Below are positions 11,795-24,419 of a DNA stretch of 64,000 bases, piece after piece (the first letter of the stretch is position 1; each line of letters opens with the position of its first letter). The DNA lies in NCBI RefSeq assembly GCF_020745735.1, contig NW_026867487.1, forward strand, positions 2,542,001-2,606,000, written 5' to 3'. The position numbers were made by a program, and so were the translations under genes. The notes beneath the pieces are model-generated. The model was not told the origin of the DNA. It worked only from the letters and a program-made list of their open reading frames with translations, and searched no databases. This stretch comes from Hemiscyllium ocellatum. Taxonomy: Eukaryota.

Positions 11795-12312
11795 CCTATG
11801 CGAAGGATGTTGTGCAACTTGAAAGGGTTCAGAAAAGATTTACAAGGATATTGCCAGGGTTGGAAGATTTGAGCTATCGGGAGAGGCTGAATAGGCTGGG
11901 GCTGTTTTCCCTGAAGGCTGAGGGGTGACTGTATAGAGGTTTATAAATTCATGAGGGGTATGGATAGGGTAAATAGACAAAGTCTTTTCCCTGGAGTCGG
12001 GGAGTCCAGAACTAGAGGGCAGAGATTTAGGGTGACAGGGAAAAGATATAAAAAGGACCTAGAGGGGCAACTTTTTCATGCAGATAAATGTGCGTGTATG
12101 GAATGATCTGCCAAAGAAAGTGGTGGAGGCTGGTACAAATGCAACATTTGAAAGGCATCTGGATGGGCATATGAATAGGAAAGGTTTGGATAGATATGGG
12201 CCAAGTGTTGGCAAATGGGACAAAGTTAGGTTCGGATAACTGGTTGGCAAGGACGAGTTGGATCGAAGGGTCTGTTTCCGTGCTGTACATCTCTACGACT
12301 CGATGACTCTCT
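11795..12312 (+). mobile_element. CR1/HER1 LINE 3' end
   Basis: Well-preserved CR1 C-terminus and tail ending ctgtacatctctacgactcgatgactct. Confidence 0.88.
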
Positions 12313-13559
12313 ATCTAAACCTTTCCAGCAAATCATGAACAGCTTGGAAATAAAACGATTGAAGTCATTTGTGTATTATCTGTAAACACAGTGAGCTCTG
12401 GAGAGGGATCATCAGACTCCCAAAAGAATTATCAAGGCATATTGTCATGGATACACACAGGATTAGGATAAAGAATTATTTTCTTGCCATTTGCTCACAG
12501 AGGAAGCAGATCAATCCACTGGTTTTGAATTGGTTTGAGTTGGTTTCTGGTCATGAGATTAGAGGTCTATTAAAGTTAATTGGGGAGAAATTCTTGAACA
12601 TTCTTGAACTAATTGCAATGTCTAACTTGCTACAGTACTGAGTTAAAACAAAATTAAGTTCATGTCTGTGGGGAGTAAGTGGTAACTGTATTAACTGTTT
12701 TAAGAACCTGCTGCTTGTGCTGAAACAGCCAGAGGACAAGATAGTGCCTGTCTTAAAAACCCTGTCCCAAACCAGTTGTTAAGAGGGCTAGCCCCCCCCC
12801 CCCCCCACCACCCCCCCCCCACGCGAAGTTTGGGATTTGAAGTGGGAATTGCAGCATCAAAGGTACTCGGAGTTGTGAAGCACAAGTGGCAAATCCAGGT
12901 AACATTGGACTCTGTAGGGGCGAGCAACACAGAGGCCAGTTAGAGTTTAAGTTAAAAGTTGGGTGCTGTTTATATTTGCAATTTCCAATGTGGTGAGGAA
13001 GAGGAGCTGATCAAATCTCAGTGGAGCCCATGTTACCAAGGTGGGGAGCGTGGACACTGTGAGTAACTATGATACTCTGTCAGTCCATGGTAGAACAACA
13101 GAGCTTGAATAGTGGCTGTGGCCGGGAGGATAAAGAGTCCCACTAATAGGGAGCACACCTTGCTAGGAGGCTGTTACGGCCGTACGGACAGTACTGAGAC
13201 AGTATTATTGGCCAGGGGTAGAGAAGTCCCCATTGGTTAGGAACACTTTACTGTTGGTGTTATCCGGGCTACACAATCTGCTAAGTGGCAGATCAAAGTT
13301 TTAAGGGGGTCCCTTATTGAGAAATACAAGGCAGACAGACAAGGGTTTAACAGAGCAAATGAAGAAAAGGGTCAGGGATCCATCCCAAACATTAGTATAA
13401 CAGAGACAGTGGGTAGATAAACAAAAATGAAATAAAACTAAAAAGATAGGGGTAATGTTAGTGTACCAATTACAGGCCTAATTGAACAAGTAGTACCTCC
13501 ACTAGCAGGTGGAGAAAAGGCCAACTGCTCCCTCTATTGGATGAACCATGCAAGAGTAT

Positions 13560-14450
13560 AACTTAGCGCCTGTTACCAGAGGAGGAACAGACTCACAGCC
13601 CAAAGCGAATTACAAACCCTTCACTCCAGGGGAGAGGCAGCAAATTATGGCCTCCTGAGGCAACTTACAATCTCGGAGTGCAAACACCAGGTTCTGAGAT
13701 GAGCTGGATAGTGTATGGGTAGGGCACCAATTACACCTGAGAGAAATACACCAGCAGATCTGGGCAATTTGCCCAGCAGACAAGTGGAGACAGGTAGCTG
13801 GTGGACCTGATGCCACAGCAGCCTGAGACTTTAGGGGAGGATGGTGGGCACATGCCATTTCCATTACAGCTGAGACAGATGCCTAGCAGGCCCCTTTGCC
13901 AATTTTAATAAAGAAATCCAGAGGGTGCTAGGAAATGCTCTCACAAACTGGAGCAAGATCACGACCACTAAGTAATTTAAAGAGGAAGGAGTCTATGAAT
14001 ATGGGGAATGATTATTTGGGGTCTATCAGGAATGCCCAGGGCAAGCAAACACAGATCGGGGGGTCCAGGTATTCATCGAAGCTCTTAGAGATAGGGGCTC
14101 GACGTCCACCCCACTCCCTGAAAATGCGAGTAATAATGTCCTAGGATTATGATGATCTAGTTGAGTGGGCTAGCAGGGTCCAGGAGGCAGAAGCTCCTGA
14201 TAAAGGCAAGACCCGACAAAGCAGCCGACTGGAATGGAGGCAAGAGCAGAAGAAAACTATCCTGCCACAACTGTGGTCACAGGGTCACTTTGCTCGAGAA
14301 TGTAGGGTCGCACGAGTAGGGAATAGAGCAGGGAATAATATAAAATACTGCTATTGCAACAGAAAAGGATACACAGCAAAAATGTGCTAGGAAAAGCATG
14401 GGACACCCCCAAACACCATCCCAAACACTGCAAAACCATAGGGATTCCGA
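13560..14450 (+). pseudogene. gag: ERV gag (CA plus two zinc knuckles), disrupted
   Basis: NYKPFTPGERQQIM..DELDSVWVGHQL, WSKITTTK*FKEEGVYEYGE*LF, and two knuckle remnants at ~14264-14305 and ~14345-14390. Contains stops and frameshifts. Confidence 0.7.
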
Positions 14451-14479
14451 GGTCAGCAGAGCTCACAACCAGCTGCCCC

Positions 14480-17400
14480 AATTTGTGAGGATGGAGGGAG
14501 AGGGGAGAATTTACGTGCCTGCAGTAATAGGAGGGAGGAAATATGAAATGCTCGTAGACACAGGAGCGGATGCATCCATCACAAACTTACCCTTACCCCA
14601 CACAAATAAAATAGGGTCGGAGGGGATAAAACACCAGCTTTCCTAAGTGACACTACCCTCGTAGAAATAAACAATAGATACACTTCCATGAAATTCTATG
14701 TGTGCCAAAATAATGAAGGTACCATAATGGGCAATGAGCTCATGAGGGAATATAATGTTCTAATCGATTATGCAAAAGAGAAATTGGTTTGGCTCAGACA
14801 GGACCGTCGAAAGCCTGAGATTGGGAAACTTACAAGTCACCTTGAAACTAGTGAAGTAGCTACAGCCACCGGTAGGGACTCAAACCTCAAAAAGGGGCGA
14901 TTCGGAGCGACCTGCACCTCTATCCCCGGAGCACAGGGAAATCCTATATTTCACAGGGTGATAAGGGTTCCCGGAGTGGAGCATAGGCCCGACCAGCAAT
15001 ACCCAATAAAACCTGAAGCAGAAAAAGCAATTGTGGAGATAGTAAAAGAACTAGTGAAACATCCTGAAAGTAACCACGAGTACAACTAATGTTATACTGG
15101 CCGACGTGGCCAGTAATAAAGCCTGATGGGAGCCTGACAGGCTCACCATTGATTATATAGGACTACATAAGGTCACCCCCAAATTGCACCCTATTGGAGC
15201 AGACCCCTCCACCATTTTAAACAGCTTGCCCCCCAAACACAAGATTTTTACTGTTTTATACATAGTCAATGGATTCCCGTTATCTATCCCGTTACACCCT
15301 GAGTCCCAGAATAAATTTGCTTTTACAGGAAGGGACAGTCAGTATACATGGATTCGCCTGCCACAAGGGTTCCATGACAGCCCCACTATTTTTCACAGGG
15401 GGATGAGCGACATTCTGAAGAGAAAAGGGTTACCAGAGGGTAGCACTGCTCTCCAATATGTAGATAATAACCTAATTGCCTCAGAGTCCGAGTCAGGACA
15501 CCAGGAAGCTTTATGTCTCGTATTACAGGAATTGGCAACCGCAGGGTTAAAAGTTAGCCTTACAAAGGCTCAAATTGGCAAAACACAAGTCTTATGCCTG
15601 GGACACCTTATATCCCAGGGACTCAAAGAAATGCCCCAGAAGGCAATCCAACAGATGCCACGACCTGCCACTGTCAGGGGAGTCAGAAAGGTCTTGGGGC
15701 TATTAACTGCAGTCAGAGCTTTATACCCGAGTTCACAAAATTGGCTGAACTGATCCAAAGGTTAATTAAAAGAGGCAAGCCCGTCTTGGATCCTGTAACC
15801 TGGGGGCCAGAACAGGAGGAGACATAGAGTCAGCTTAAAACTCGACTCATATCAGCCCTTGGGCTAGGGCTGCCAGATCCCAGCAAGGATTTTCACATTC
15901 ACTGTAATAATGAGGGAGGATTTTACTCTGCAGTGGTCACCCAAGACCATGGTAGCAGGAGAAGGCTCGTAGGGTACTATTCAACTAGAGAAAGGCCAGC
16001 AGTCACCGGGTTGCCCAGATGCATAGCAGCCTTCGATTGTGCTGCTTTGGCCGTTAGGGTTAGTGAGCCCATCGTAATGACAGGGAATGTCATCCTCCAC
16101 ACCAAACACACCCGAGTAGAGATGTTAAACACAGAGAAACTGAGGGCCGTCTCCAAACTGAGAAGGGCAAAGTGGGAGGCAGTTCGTTTATCCCCAAGTC
16201 AGTCCGTGGTAACAGTTCGGGATTAGGGAATTCTAGACATGGGGAACTGCACAACTGTGGGGATATAGATGGGGATGAAGATAGGGGGAGAATAAAGGAT
16301 ATCCCCCCGAGACACAGCGGGCGAGACCCTCTTCGTGGACGGGTCATGAAAATATGTAGCAGGATCGCCCCAAATAGGATGGGCTGTGGTAAATGATAAG
16401 TTAGAAACAGTTATGTCTGAAAGGATTGATGGAAGTCAGTCAGCGCAGGTAGCAGAACTGATAGCACTCATCAAAGCACTGGCAACAGGAAAAATCGTGG
16501 ATATATATATGGACAATCAATGTGCCTTCAATGTAGTCCATGACTACATGGTGGCATGAGGTAGCAGAGGGTTCACCACTGCAGGGGTACCCCTATCAGA
16601 CACCAATTAGGAATTCAGGCACTATTACGTGCCAGTGAACAGCCTGAAGAGGCTGCAGTTATAAAAGTAAAAGCCCATTAAAAGGAGCCAGCAAAAGCAA
16701 GTCCTGGTTGGCTAAAATTCAAAAGAAACCAGGCAGCAGACTGAGCAGCTCAGAAAGTCCTAAAACAAGAAGCCATTGTCAAGGCTGCAATGGCCACTAC
16801 TGAATTGGCAAAAGACGCTATCCAAATTCAGCAGCTACGGGAGGACACCCCACAGAAAGAGAGAGAGCAATGGAAACTGCAGGGGGCATTCAAAGGGGAG
16901 GATAGTGCCTGGAGGCAAGCAGACAAGGTGGTATACAGAACACATTGCTTGAACAGCACCACGGGCTCTCCCATACAGGTAGAGAGGCCATGATAGCAAG
17001 CTTAGGGAGAAAGTGGTGGTGGAAGGGAATGGGAAGAGATGTGGCCAAGTACTGCCGCAAATGAATGGATTGTACACAACATAACCCAGGGAGACCCATA
17101 AAAGTTAAGATGGGACACCATCCCAGACCTAGGGGACCCTGGGGACATCTTCAGATAGATTTTACAGGGCCATTACCACCTGCCCGTGAGCAAACATACT
17201 GCCTGTTCATCACAGCCCAATTCACACGCTGGCTAGAGGCATTCCTGACCACATGCTGCACTGCGACCACTGTAGCCAGAATATTAGCGGAAGAGATAAT
17301 CCCAAGGTAGAAGGTAGAGGGTACTCCTTCAGATCAACTCCGACCAAGGCAAGGTCATGAAGACTGTCTGCACATTACTCGGCATTAGATAAAACTTTCA

Positions 17401-18029
17401 CATTCCCTATCACCCCCAGAGCTCAGGGATGGTAGAGAGAATGAATAGAACGCTCAAAAATACTTTAACTAAGACTATGCAAACCTCAGACAGAACATGG
17501 GCTGATGTGCTGCCAGCCAGACTAATGAAATTAAGAGCCACCACGAATCAGGCAACCAGGCCAACACCATATGAATTAATGACCGGGCGAGCAATGCAAT
17601 TCCCAGAGACAATAATCACAGGTGGCACCGATGTGGGTCCACGAAAAGACAAAATTCGGCGGTTTGTGACAGAATTAAGTGCCCACTTGAAAGGGATGTG
17701 GAAATCTGTAATTGATAAACAGGATAAAAAGAACAAGGCAGGGGAACTTGAAACCTTCCCTGAGGTCCCAGCAGCAGGAAGCCGTGTCCTGGGTAATGCC
17801 CGACAAACCAAGCTTTGCCCCAAAACGGAAAGGGCCATACAACGTGGTCATAAGTGGGGACACCTGTATCTGTGTAGATATTAAAGGAAAAGGCACATGG
17901 AAGCACTGGACCCAACTAAAACTGTTAAAGACTCCTACGACCAAAGTAATATCATTGACATTTCCCCAGGTGCAGACAGGAATAGCGGACAAGACGGTCA
18001 TCCCTGGGGGAATCCCGAAAACACAATAG
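14480..18029 (+). pseudogene. pol: ERV pro-pol (PR, RT, tether, RNase H, IN), disrupted
   Basis: LVDTGA at 14551-14568, YVDN at 15457-15468 (second catalytic Asp changed to Asn), LFVDGS at 16329-16346, and the IN core at ~17140-17470. Many stops and frameshifts. Confidence 0.88.
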
Positions 18030-18107
18030 AACAAACCACACAGAGGCACGACTGCACCTCCTGACAAAAACAAAGACTTTGACTGATAATTTTATTTTAA
18101 CTGCTAA

Positions 18108-18650
18108 ATGTTAATACCTGTACATATTTTAATGTGTTTAAGTGTCGTGACTGTCGGGAGCCTGTCAGGATTTGAAGATAACCTCTTGTATAAAACCCAC
18201 CTAAGTTTACATGGGAACTGAACTGTCTGCCACCCACTGGCGCGATCAGTAGAATCCCTATTTGTGGCCACCCTGGTGTGGACCCCTTGCGACCTGTATA
18301 CAGTAGACACATCAGGAGCGCTGTGGAAAGGGGCAGTAAGGGGACTCCAGGTAGATGTGTGCAGCTGGGCAGGACTACAGGCCCATGGGACTGGGTCCCC
18401 CAGCCTAGGGAAGGGAAGAGCCATTTTAAAATCCGGTGATTACCCACTCTGTTTCACAGGGCACGGATGGGCATACGTTTATGCCCCGGTTCCCAAAGAT
18501 AACTCATGCGTCCAGACACAGTGCACTTATCAGCACTGTACAGTCACCAGGGGACAGTTTGCCTGCAGTGAGCAAGCATGCTTGAATGTGACCGCGGTCA
18601 GACGATTGAAATGTGGTCAGTGCAATGGCACCTACTTCAGCCCCATGAAC
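18108..18650 (+). pseudogene. env: ERV env, N-terminal SU part, one premature stop, 3'-truncated
   Basis: ATG at 18108 gives the signal peptide MLIPVHILMCLSVVTVGSLSG. A single TGA lies at 18219-18221, then the frame continues as the Cys-rich ORF 18264-18680 with N-glycan sequons (NVT, NGT). Confidence 0.72.
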
Positions 18651-19755
18651 CCCAAGGTCATCCAGAGGTGTCCACAATGAAGATGTTGGTGAGTCTTATG
18701 TTTGCTGGCCAGGAGTGGATGCAGACATAGCTGAATTGGTGGGCAGTGCCCAGAATGCCAACAAGGACAAAAGTTACACCCAGAAGTTCCCCCATATTCA
18801 TGTGAATGGCCGGGTAAACTCTGGATTCAGTTACATGTCAACAATGCCTTTCATGGGCTCAACGTTCTTTGTCATTGTGAATGCCCCATTCTAAGTGATT
18901 GGATTTGCACAGAGTTCATTCGTCAACCATGGGGAAGATGATTGAAATGTCACAAGCAGCTTTTGCAACACATAGGTTCCCGGAAGTATTGGTCACAGAA
19001 GATGGGCTGTCATTCACCAGCAAGGAATTCAAGTATTTCCTCAAGTTGAAAGGCATTGGGCATACAGCTCTATACCATCGATCATCCAATGGTCTGGTGG
19101 AAACAGCAGACCAAGCTTTGAATACAGGCTTAAGTAAACAGCCTACAGCTTCACTGGATACCAAACTGTCCCAGTTCCTATTTGATTATTGGACCACCCC
19201 TCATGCAACTACAGGGATAACACCAGCAAAGTTGCTAAAAGGGAGAAGACTCCACAACAGGTTAAATCTGATCTTCCTGGACTAGTAAGGGATGGTAAAA
19301 CAGCAGGAGGAATGCCAGTATCCTGGGCCAGACTCCAATAAGTGAGAGAGACAGTTTATTACAGGAGCTGAAGTTCAGTGTAGGAACCACAAGGTCAGGA
19401 CCAATGGTGTAGAAAGTTCAGGTAGGAGTGACGGATCTGAGCTATGAACTCCCTCAGAACAGTTAGGAAGACTGTCAGAAACCTTAGATTCTCCCTCTCC
19501 ATCAAATGTTGAGTGAATTCTCTAGAGGTGCTCTGGGCAAAAAGGCGAGTTCCTGTGCATTACACACTGCACTCAGATCTGACACAGTTGGGGGAACCGA
19601 ACCCGGTGCTCAAACACCCAAGGAGGCACAACAAAAAAAAGACTGACTTATGTCCTCACACTCAGAAGGGGAGGGATGTTGTGATTTAAAATGAGGTCAG
19701 TCAGCTGGAACTCATAGTATATCAGTTCCCTGTCTGGGGCTGATAAACAAGGGGG
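18651..19755 (+). mobile_element. Ty3/Gypsy 3' part: integrase, PPT and start of the 3' LTR
   Basis: GHPEVSTMKML..CWPGVDADIAELVGQCPECQ, FATHRFPEVLVTEDGLSFTSKEF, YHRSSNGLVE, TTPHATTG. PPT agaaggggaggga at 19664-19676 is followed by TGTTGTG at 19677. Confidence 0.85.
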
Positions 19756-19756
19756 A

Positions 19757-20560
19757 AGTGAGGACTGCAGATGTTGGAGATCAGAGTCAAGGGTGTAGTA
19801 CTGGAAAGCCAAGGTCAGGCAGCATCCGAGGAACAGGAGAATTGCGTTTCAGTCAGAAGCCCTTCATCAGGAATTAGGCTTGTGGGTCAGGGCTGAGAGA
19901 TAAATGGGATGGGATGGGGTTTGGGGGAAGGTAGCTGAAAAAAGTGACAGGTGGATGAAGGTGAGGGAGAAGGTGATAGGTCAGCGGGGGAGTGATGGAC
20001 AGGTCCGGAGGGCAGTGCCGAGTTGGAAGCTTAGGACTGGGGTAATGTAGGGGGGAGGGGAAATGATGAAGATGATGAAATCCACATTTATCCCTGTGTG
20101 GTTGCAGGGTCCCAAGACGGAATATGAGACACTCTTCCTCCAGGCGTCGGGTGGTAATAATTTGGTTGTGGAGGAGACCCAGGACCTGCATGTCCTTGAT
20201 GGAGTGGGAGGGGGCGTTGAAGTGTTCAACCACGGGGCGGTGGGGTTGCTGGATGTGAGTATCTGAAACAATCCACAAGAAAGCATCCTGTCTCCCCGAT
20301 GTATAGAAGACCACACTAGGTGCAACGGATGCAGTAAATGACATTGTAGAGGTACAGATAAATTTCTGATAGATGTGGAAGGGTAGCTTGGGGCCTTGGA
20401 ATGAGGTGAGGCGAGTGGAGTGGACACAGATTTTGTACTTCCTCCGGTGGTAGGGAAAGGTGCCGGGAGTGGGGTGTGGGCTGCTGGGGGGTGTGGGCCG
20501 GAGAAGTTATGAGTGATAATGAACATTGTCAGATTATCGGCAAACATCCTCATTTCTGAC
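19757..20560 (-). mobile_element. Penelope-like element, 3' part
   Basis: HFNAPSHSIKDMQVLGLL..RRLEEECLIFRLGTLQPH, then the terminal repeat with a CTGATGA..GAAACG core at 19844-19870. Confidence 0.85.
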
Positions 20561-21520
20561 CTTATGATGGAGGGAAGTCATTGACAAAGCAGTTGAAGAT
20601 GGTTGGAGCTAGGACACGATCCTGGGGAAGTCCTGCAGACATATCCTGGAGCTGAGATGACTGATCTCCAACAACCACGACCATCTTCTTACCTGCCAAG
20701 TATGACTCCAACCAGTGGAGAATTTAACCCCGTCATTCCCATTAATACCAATTTTGCTCGGGCTCCTTGATGCCACACTCTGTCAAATGCAGCCTTGATG
20801 GCAACAGCTGTCACTCTCACCTCACCTCTGGAATTCAGTTCCTTTGTCCATGTTTGAGTTAAGACATGAACGAGGATAGGAGCTGAGTGGCCCTGGTAAA
20901 ACCCAAACTGGACATCACTGAGCAGATTATTGCTACAAAGGTACTGTTTGATAGCACTATTGGTGACACTTCCATCATTTTACTGATGATTGGGGAGATT
21001 AATGGGACAGTATTAGGCTGGGGCTGGGTTGGCTTTGACCTAGCTTCTTGTGATGTAATTGTACTGGAAGAATCTGGCGAGGGGAGTGGCAAGTTCTGGA
21101 GCACAAGTCTTCAGCTAATCTCCTGTCTTTTCCCGTATGATTGCATTCTATTTCTATTCATTTTTCAAGTACGGTCACGAGTGAACATTCTCATAGCCCA
21201 GAAAAAGAGGGTGATATTTCTGGGGATGCAGCAGCCATAATGGTGTTAATGAGGGAATTCTAGGATTTTGACCCAGCGACACTGAAGGAAAACTGATATA
21301 ATCCTAAACCAGGATGGTAAGTGGAATCTGGAATGTGCTGCGAAGGGAGCATTTGGTGAATTTCTGCAGTGCATCCTGTTGGTGGTAGATGCTGCGATTG
21401 TGTATCATAGGCAGAGGGTGCAATGTGGTGTCAGCTAAGTGTTTTACTTTGTCCTGGATGTTGTCGAGCTTTTTCAGTGCCACTAGAGTTGCACTTATCA
21501 GACGATTGGAAGTATTCTAT
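20560..21520 (-). mobile_element. CR1/L2-group LINE (second family) fragments
   Basis: RT-proximal PISPIISKMME motif plus 3'-tail blocks. Confidence 0.6.
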
Positions 21521-21529
21521 CATATTCTT

Positions 21530-22372
21530 ATATGTCAGAGGATACAGCAGGTCACAATCAGTCGGAGGCATGGGCAGAAAATGGCAGATGGAGTTTAATC
21601 CGGTCAAATGTGAGGTGATACATTATACAGTGAATGGCAGATCCCTTCGAAGTATTGATATGCAGAGAGATCTGGGTGTACAGGTTCACAGATCACTAAA
21701 GGTGGCAGTGCAGGTAGACAAGGTAGCTAAAAAGACCATTGGCATTCGTGCCTTCATTGGAAGGGGCATCGAGTATAAGGATAGACAAGTCAGGCTGTAG
21801 CTTTATAGAACTTTAGTTGGGCCGCAATTGGAATATTGTGTGCAGTTCTGGTCACCACACTACCAGAAGAATGTGAATGCTTTAGAGAGGGTACAGAAAA
21901 GACTGAACAGGATGTCGCCTCGTATGGAGGATTTTAGCTATGAAAAAAGGATGACAAGGTTTGTTTTCACTGGAATGCAGGAGGTTCAGAGGCGACCTGA
22001 AAGAAGTTTCTAAGATTGTGAATGGCATGGACAGAGTGGAAAGCATGAGGCGGCTTCCCAGGTGGAGGGATCGATTACAAGGTTCAAGGTGCTGGGCGGG
22101 AGACGGGGAGGGAAGGTTCAAAGAGATGTTGGAAGCACATTTTTCACACAAAGTGTGGTGAGTGCTTGGCATGCTCTGCCAGTGGAGGAGGTGGAAGCCA
22201 ACAGAACAGCAGCATTCAAGAAATACCTGGACAAATACATGAATAGGAAGGGAGTAGAGCAATATGGATCCTGTAAGGGAAAATAGTTTCAATGCAAAAG
22301 GGCAAAGTGTGTCAGAGCAGGCTTAGAGGGCCAAAGGGGCTGTTCCTGTGCTGCACTGTTCTTTGTTCTAAT
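21530..22372 (+). mobile_element. CR1/HER1 LINE 3' part
   Basis: WQMEFNPVKCEVIH, RDLGVQVH, EYCVQFWSPHY, and the tail. Confidence 0.88.
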
Positions 22373-22384
22373 CCTGACCTATGC

Positions 22385-22480
22385 TATGTCCTGAAGGAGG
22401 GTCCTGCTTAAAATGTCGACTCTCTTGCTCCTTGGATACTGCCTGAGCTGCTGTGCCTTTTCTAGCACCACGCTTTATCA
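22385..22480 (+). mobile_element. Penelope terminal fragment
   Basis: ctgaagga..aaatgtcgac core followed by the ggatactgcctgagctgctgtg tail. Confidence 0.6.
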
Positions 22481-23239
22481 ACAATGTCGATTGTGGACGG
22501 GCCTTAGGGAGCCAGGAGAGATTCCTAGCACCTGAGCTCATCCGGTAGAGTGGCAGAGTGATAATGTCACTTGTCTAGTAATCTAGATGTCCAGACTAAT
22601 TCGCTGGGGGAGGAAAAGTAAAATAGTACAGATGTCAGGAATCTGAAATAAAACATCAAGTGTTGAAGAAACTCAGTAGGTCTGGCAGCATCTGTGGAAG
22701 ATGAACAGTGTTTACATCTAAAATCTGAGATACAGAGTCTCTCCAGCATTTTCTGTTTTTAATTCTCTGGGGACATGGACTCCAAGTTGCACTGCAGCTC
22801 CTGATGGAACTCAAATTCAGTGAGTTAAATCTGGAATTAAAAGCTAGTTACGGTATTGTTGTATAGTTGTAAAAACCCATCTTGTTCATGACTTCCCTTC
22901 AGGGAAGGGAATCTGCTCTCTTTACCTGCTCTTGCCTACATGTGACTCCACATCCACAACAATGTGACTGATTCTGATGTGAAATGGATAAACAAGCCAC
23001 TTAGTTCATGAGCAATGAGGAAGGGGGCAGCAAATGCTGTTCTTGGCAGTGATGCCCACATCGTATGAAATAATAAATCATAAGACCATAAGACATAGGA
23101 GTGGAAGTAAGGCCATTCGGCCCATCGAGTCCACTCCACCATTCAATCATTGCTGATGGGCATTTCAACTTCACTTACCCGCATTCTCCCCGAAGCCCTT
23201 AATTCATTGTCACATCAAGAATTTATCAATCTATTCTCT

Positions 23240-23715
23240 CTATTCCCACTCTCTCTGTCCCGCTCTCTTTGGAACCCCTCTCTCTGTCCCACTCCTCTCT
23301 GACCCCCCTCTCTCTGCCCCCTCTCTCTTTCTCTCCTCTCTTTGTCCCCTCTCTTTCTGTCACCCACCTCTGTGTCACCCCCTCTCTGCCCCCCCTCTCT
23401 TTGTCCCCCTCTCTCTGTTCCCGCTCTCTCTATATCCTACTCTCTGTCCCCCTCTGTCTCTTCCCCATCTGTCCCTCCCCACCTCTGTCCCCCTCTCTCT
23501 GTTCACGCTCTTTCTGTTCCCCTTTCTCTGTCCCCCTCTCTCTGTCCCTCTCTCTCTGTTCCCCACTCTCTGTTCCCCACTCTCTCTGTTCCCCACTCTG
23601 AGCCCCTCTCTCTGTCCCACTCTCTCTGTTCCCCCCTCTCTCTGTACCCCCCACTCTCTGTACCCCTCTCTCTGTCACCACTCTCTCTGTCCCCCTTGCT
23701 CTGTGCCCCTCTCAG
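23240..23715. repeat. CT-rich degenerate simple repeat / minisatellite (ctctctctgtcccc-like units)
   Basis: Directly visible low-complexity polypyrimidine array. Confidence 0.92.
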
Positions 23716-24419
23716 ATATACTATACTGTGTAAATTCATGGCAGTGCAATCCAGGCACATATTATCTCCCTTCTCTCAAACACCACCTCTTCCACTCTGT
23801 AACACCACATTCAATTCACTTCCTCTTGTGAGCTCTCCCAATCTATCACATTCCTGCCCTTCTTCCTGCTTTATAACACACTATTCCCCTCCACTTCCTC
23901 CTCCACCTCATTGTACTGCGTGCATACACGCAGCTTCAGCAATGTTCCCAAGCAAGAAACAATACCCCGCCCACTGCTCCCACAATTCGCCCATTGACAA
24001 ACCCACTCTCAGAGAGGAATAAATGATTCCCTTACTGTGTCACTGCAGTATATTTGAGTCAGCTCCCAGGCATGGACAGTTCTTTTCCTTTAACTCTCCT
24101 TCAGTGAGTGAATGCTGAAACCCTCTGTCCTCAGTATAATTTTCACACTCAATGACTGCAAATAACGGCCTGGGCCTCTGTTTCCTGTTTTGAGACTGTT
24201 CGCTTCTCTCCCATCAGTCATTGTCCAGGCAGCCTGTTTGCACAAAGTGCAGCCAGCATCTGAGAGACAGTTTCTACCCTGTGCAGGGTCAGCTGGGACA
24301 GGAGGGAGAAGGGAGAAAGCGGAATAAGGAAAGGAGAGAGAAAGGGGAACAGGAAGATAGAGTGGGAAAGGGGCAGAGTATTGAGGATCAGATGTGGGGA
24401 GATAAGACCACTAGGCCAA

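Larger units (their letters stand above)
12860..18650 (+). mobile_element. Endogenous retrovirus, internal region (snakehead-retrovirus-like), defective, no LTRs found
   Basis: Domain order gag CA/NC, protease LVDTGA, RT (WPVIKPDGS, RLTIDY, QYTWIRLPQGFHDSPTIFH, YVDN), tether, RNase H LFVDGS, integrase HLQIDFTGPLP/HPQSSGMVERMNRTLK/GPY, then env. The 5' boundary is uncertain. Confidence 0.88.

Noticed and set aside
23269-24022. Long Pro/Leu/Ser-rich and Arg/Glu/Gly-rich ORFs
   Set aside because: They are artefacts of the CT-rich simple repeat.
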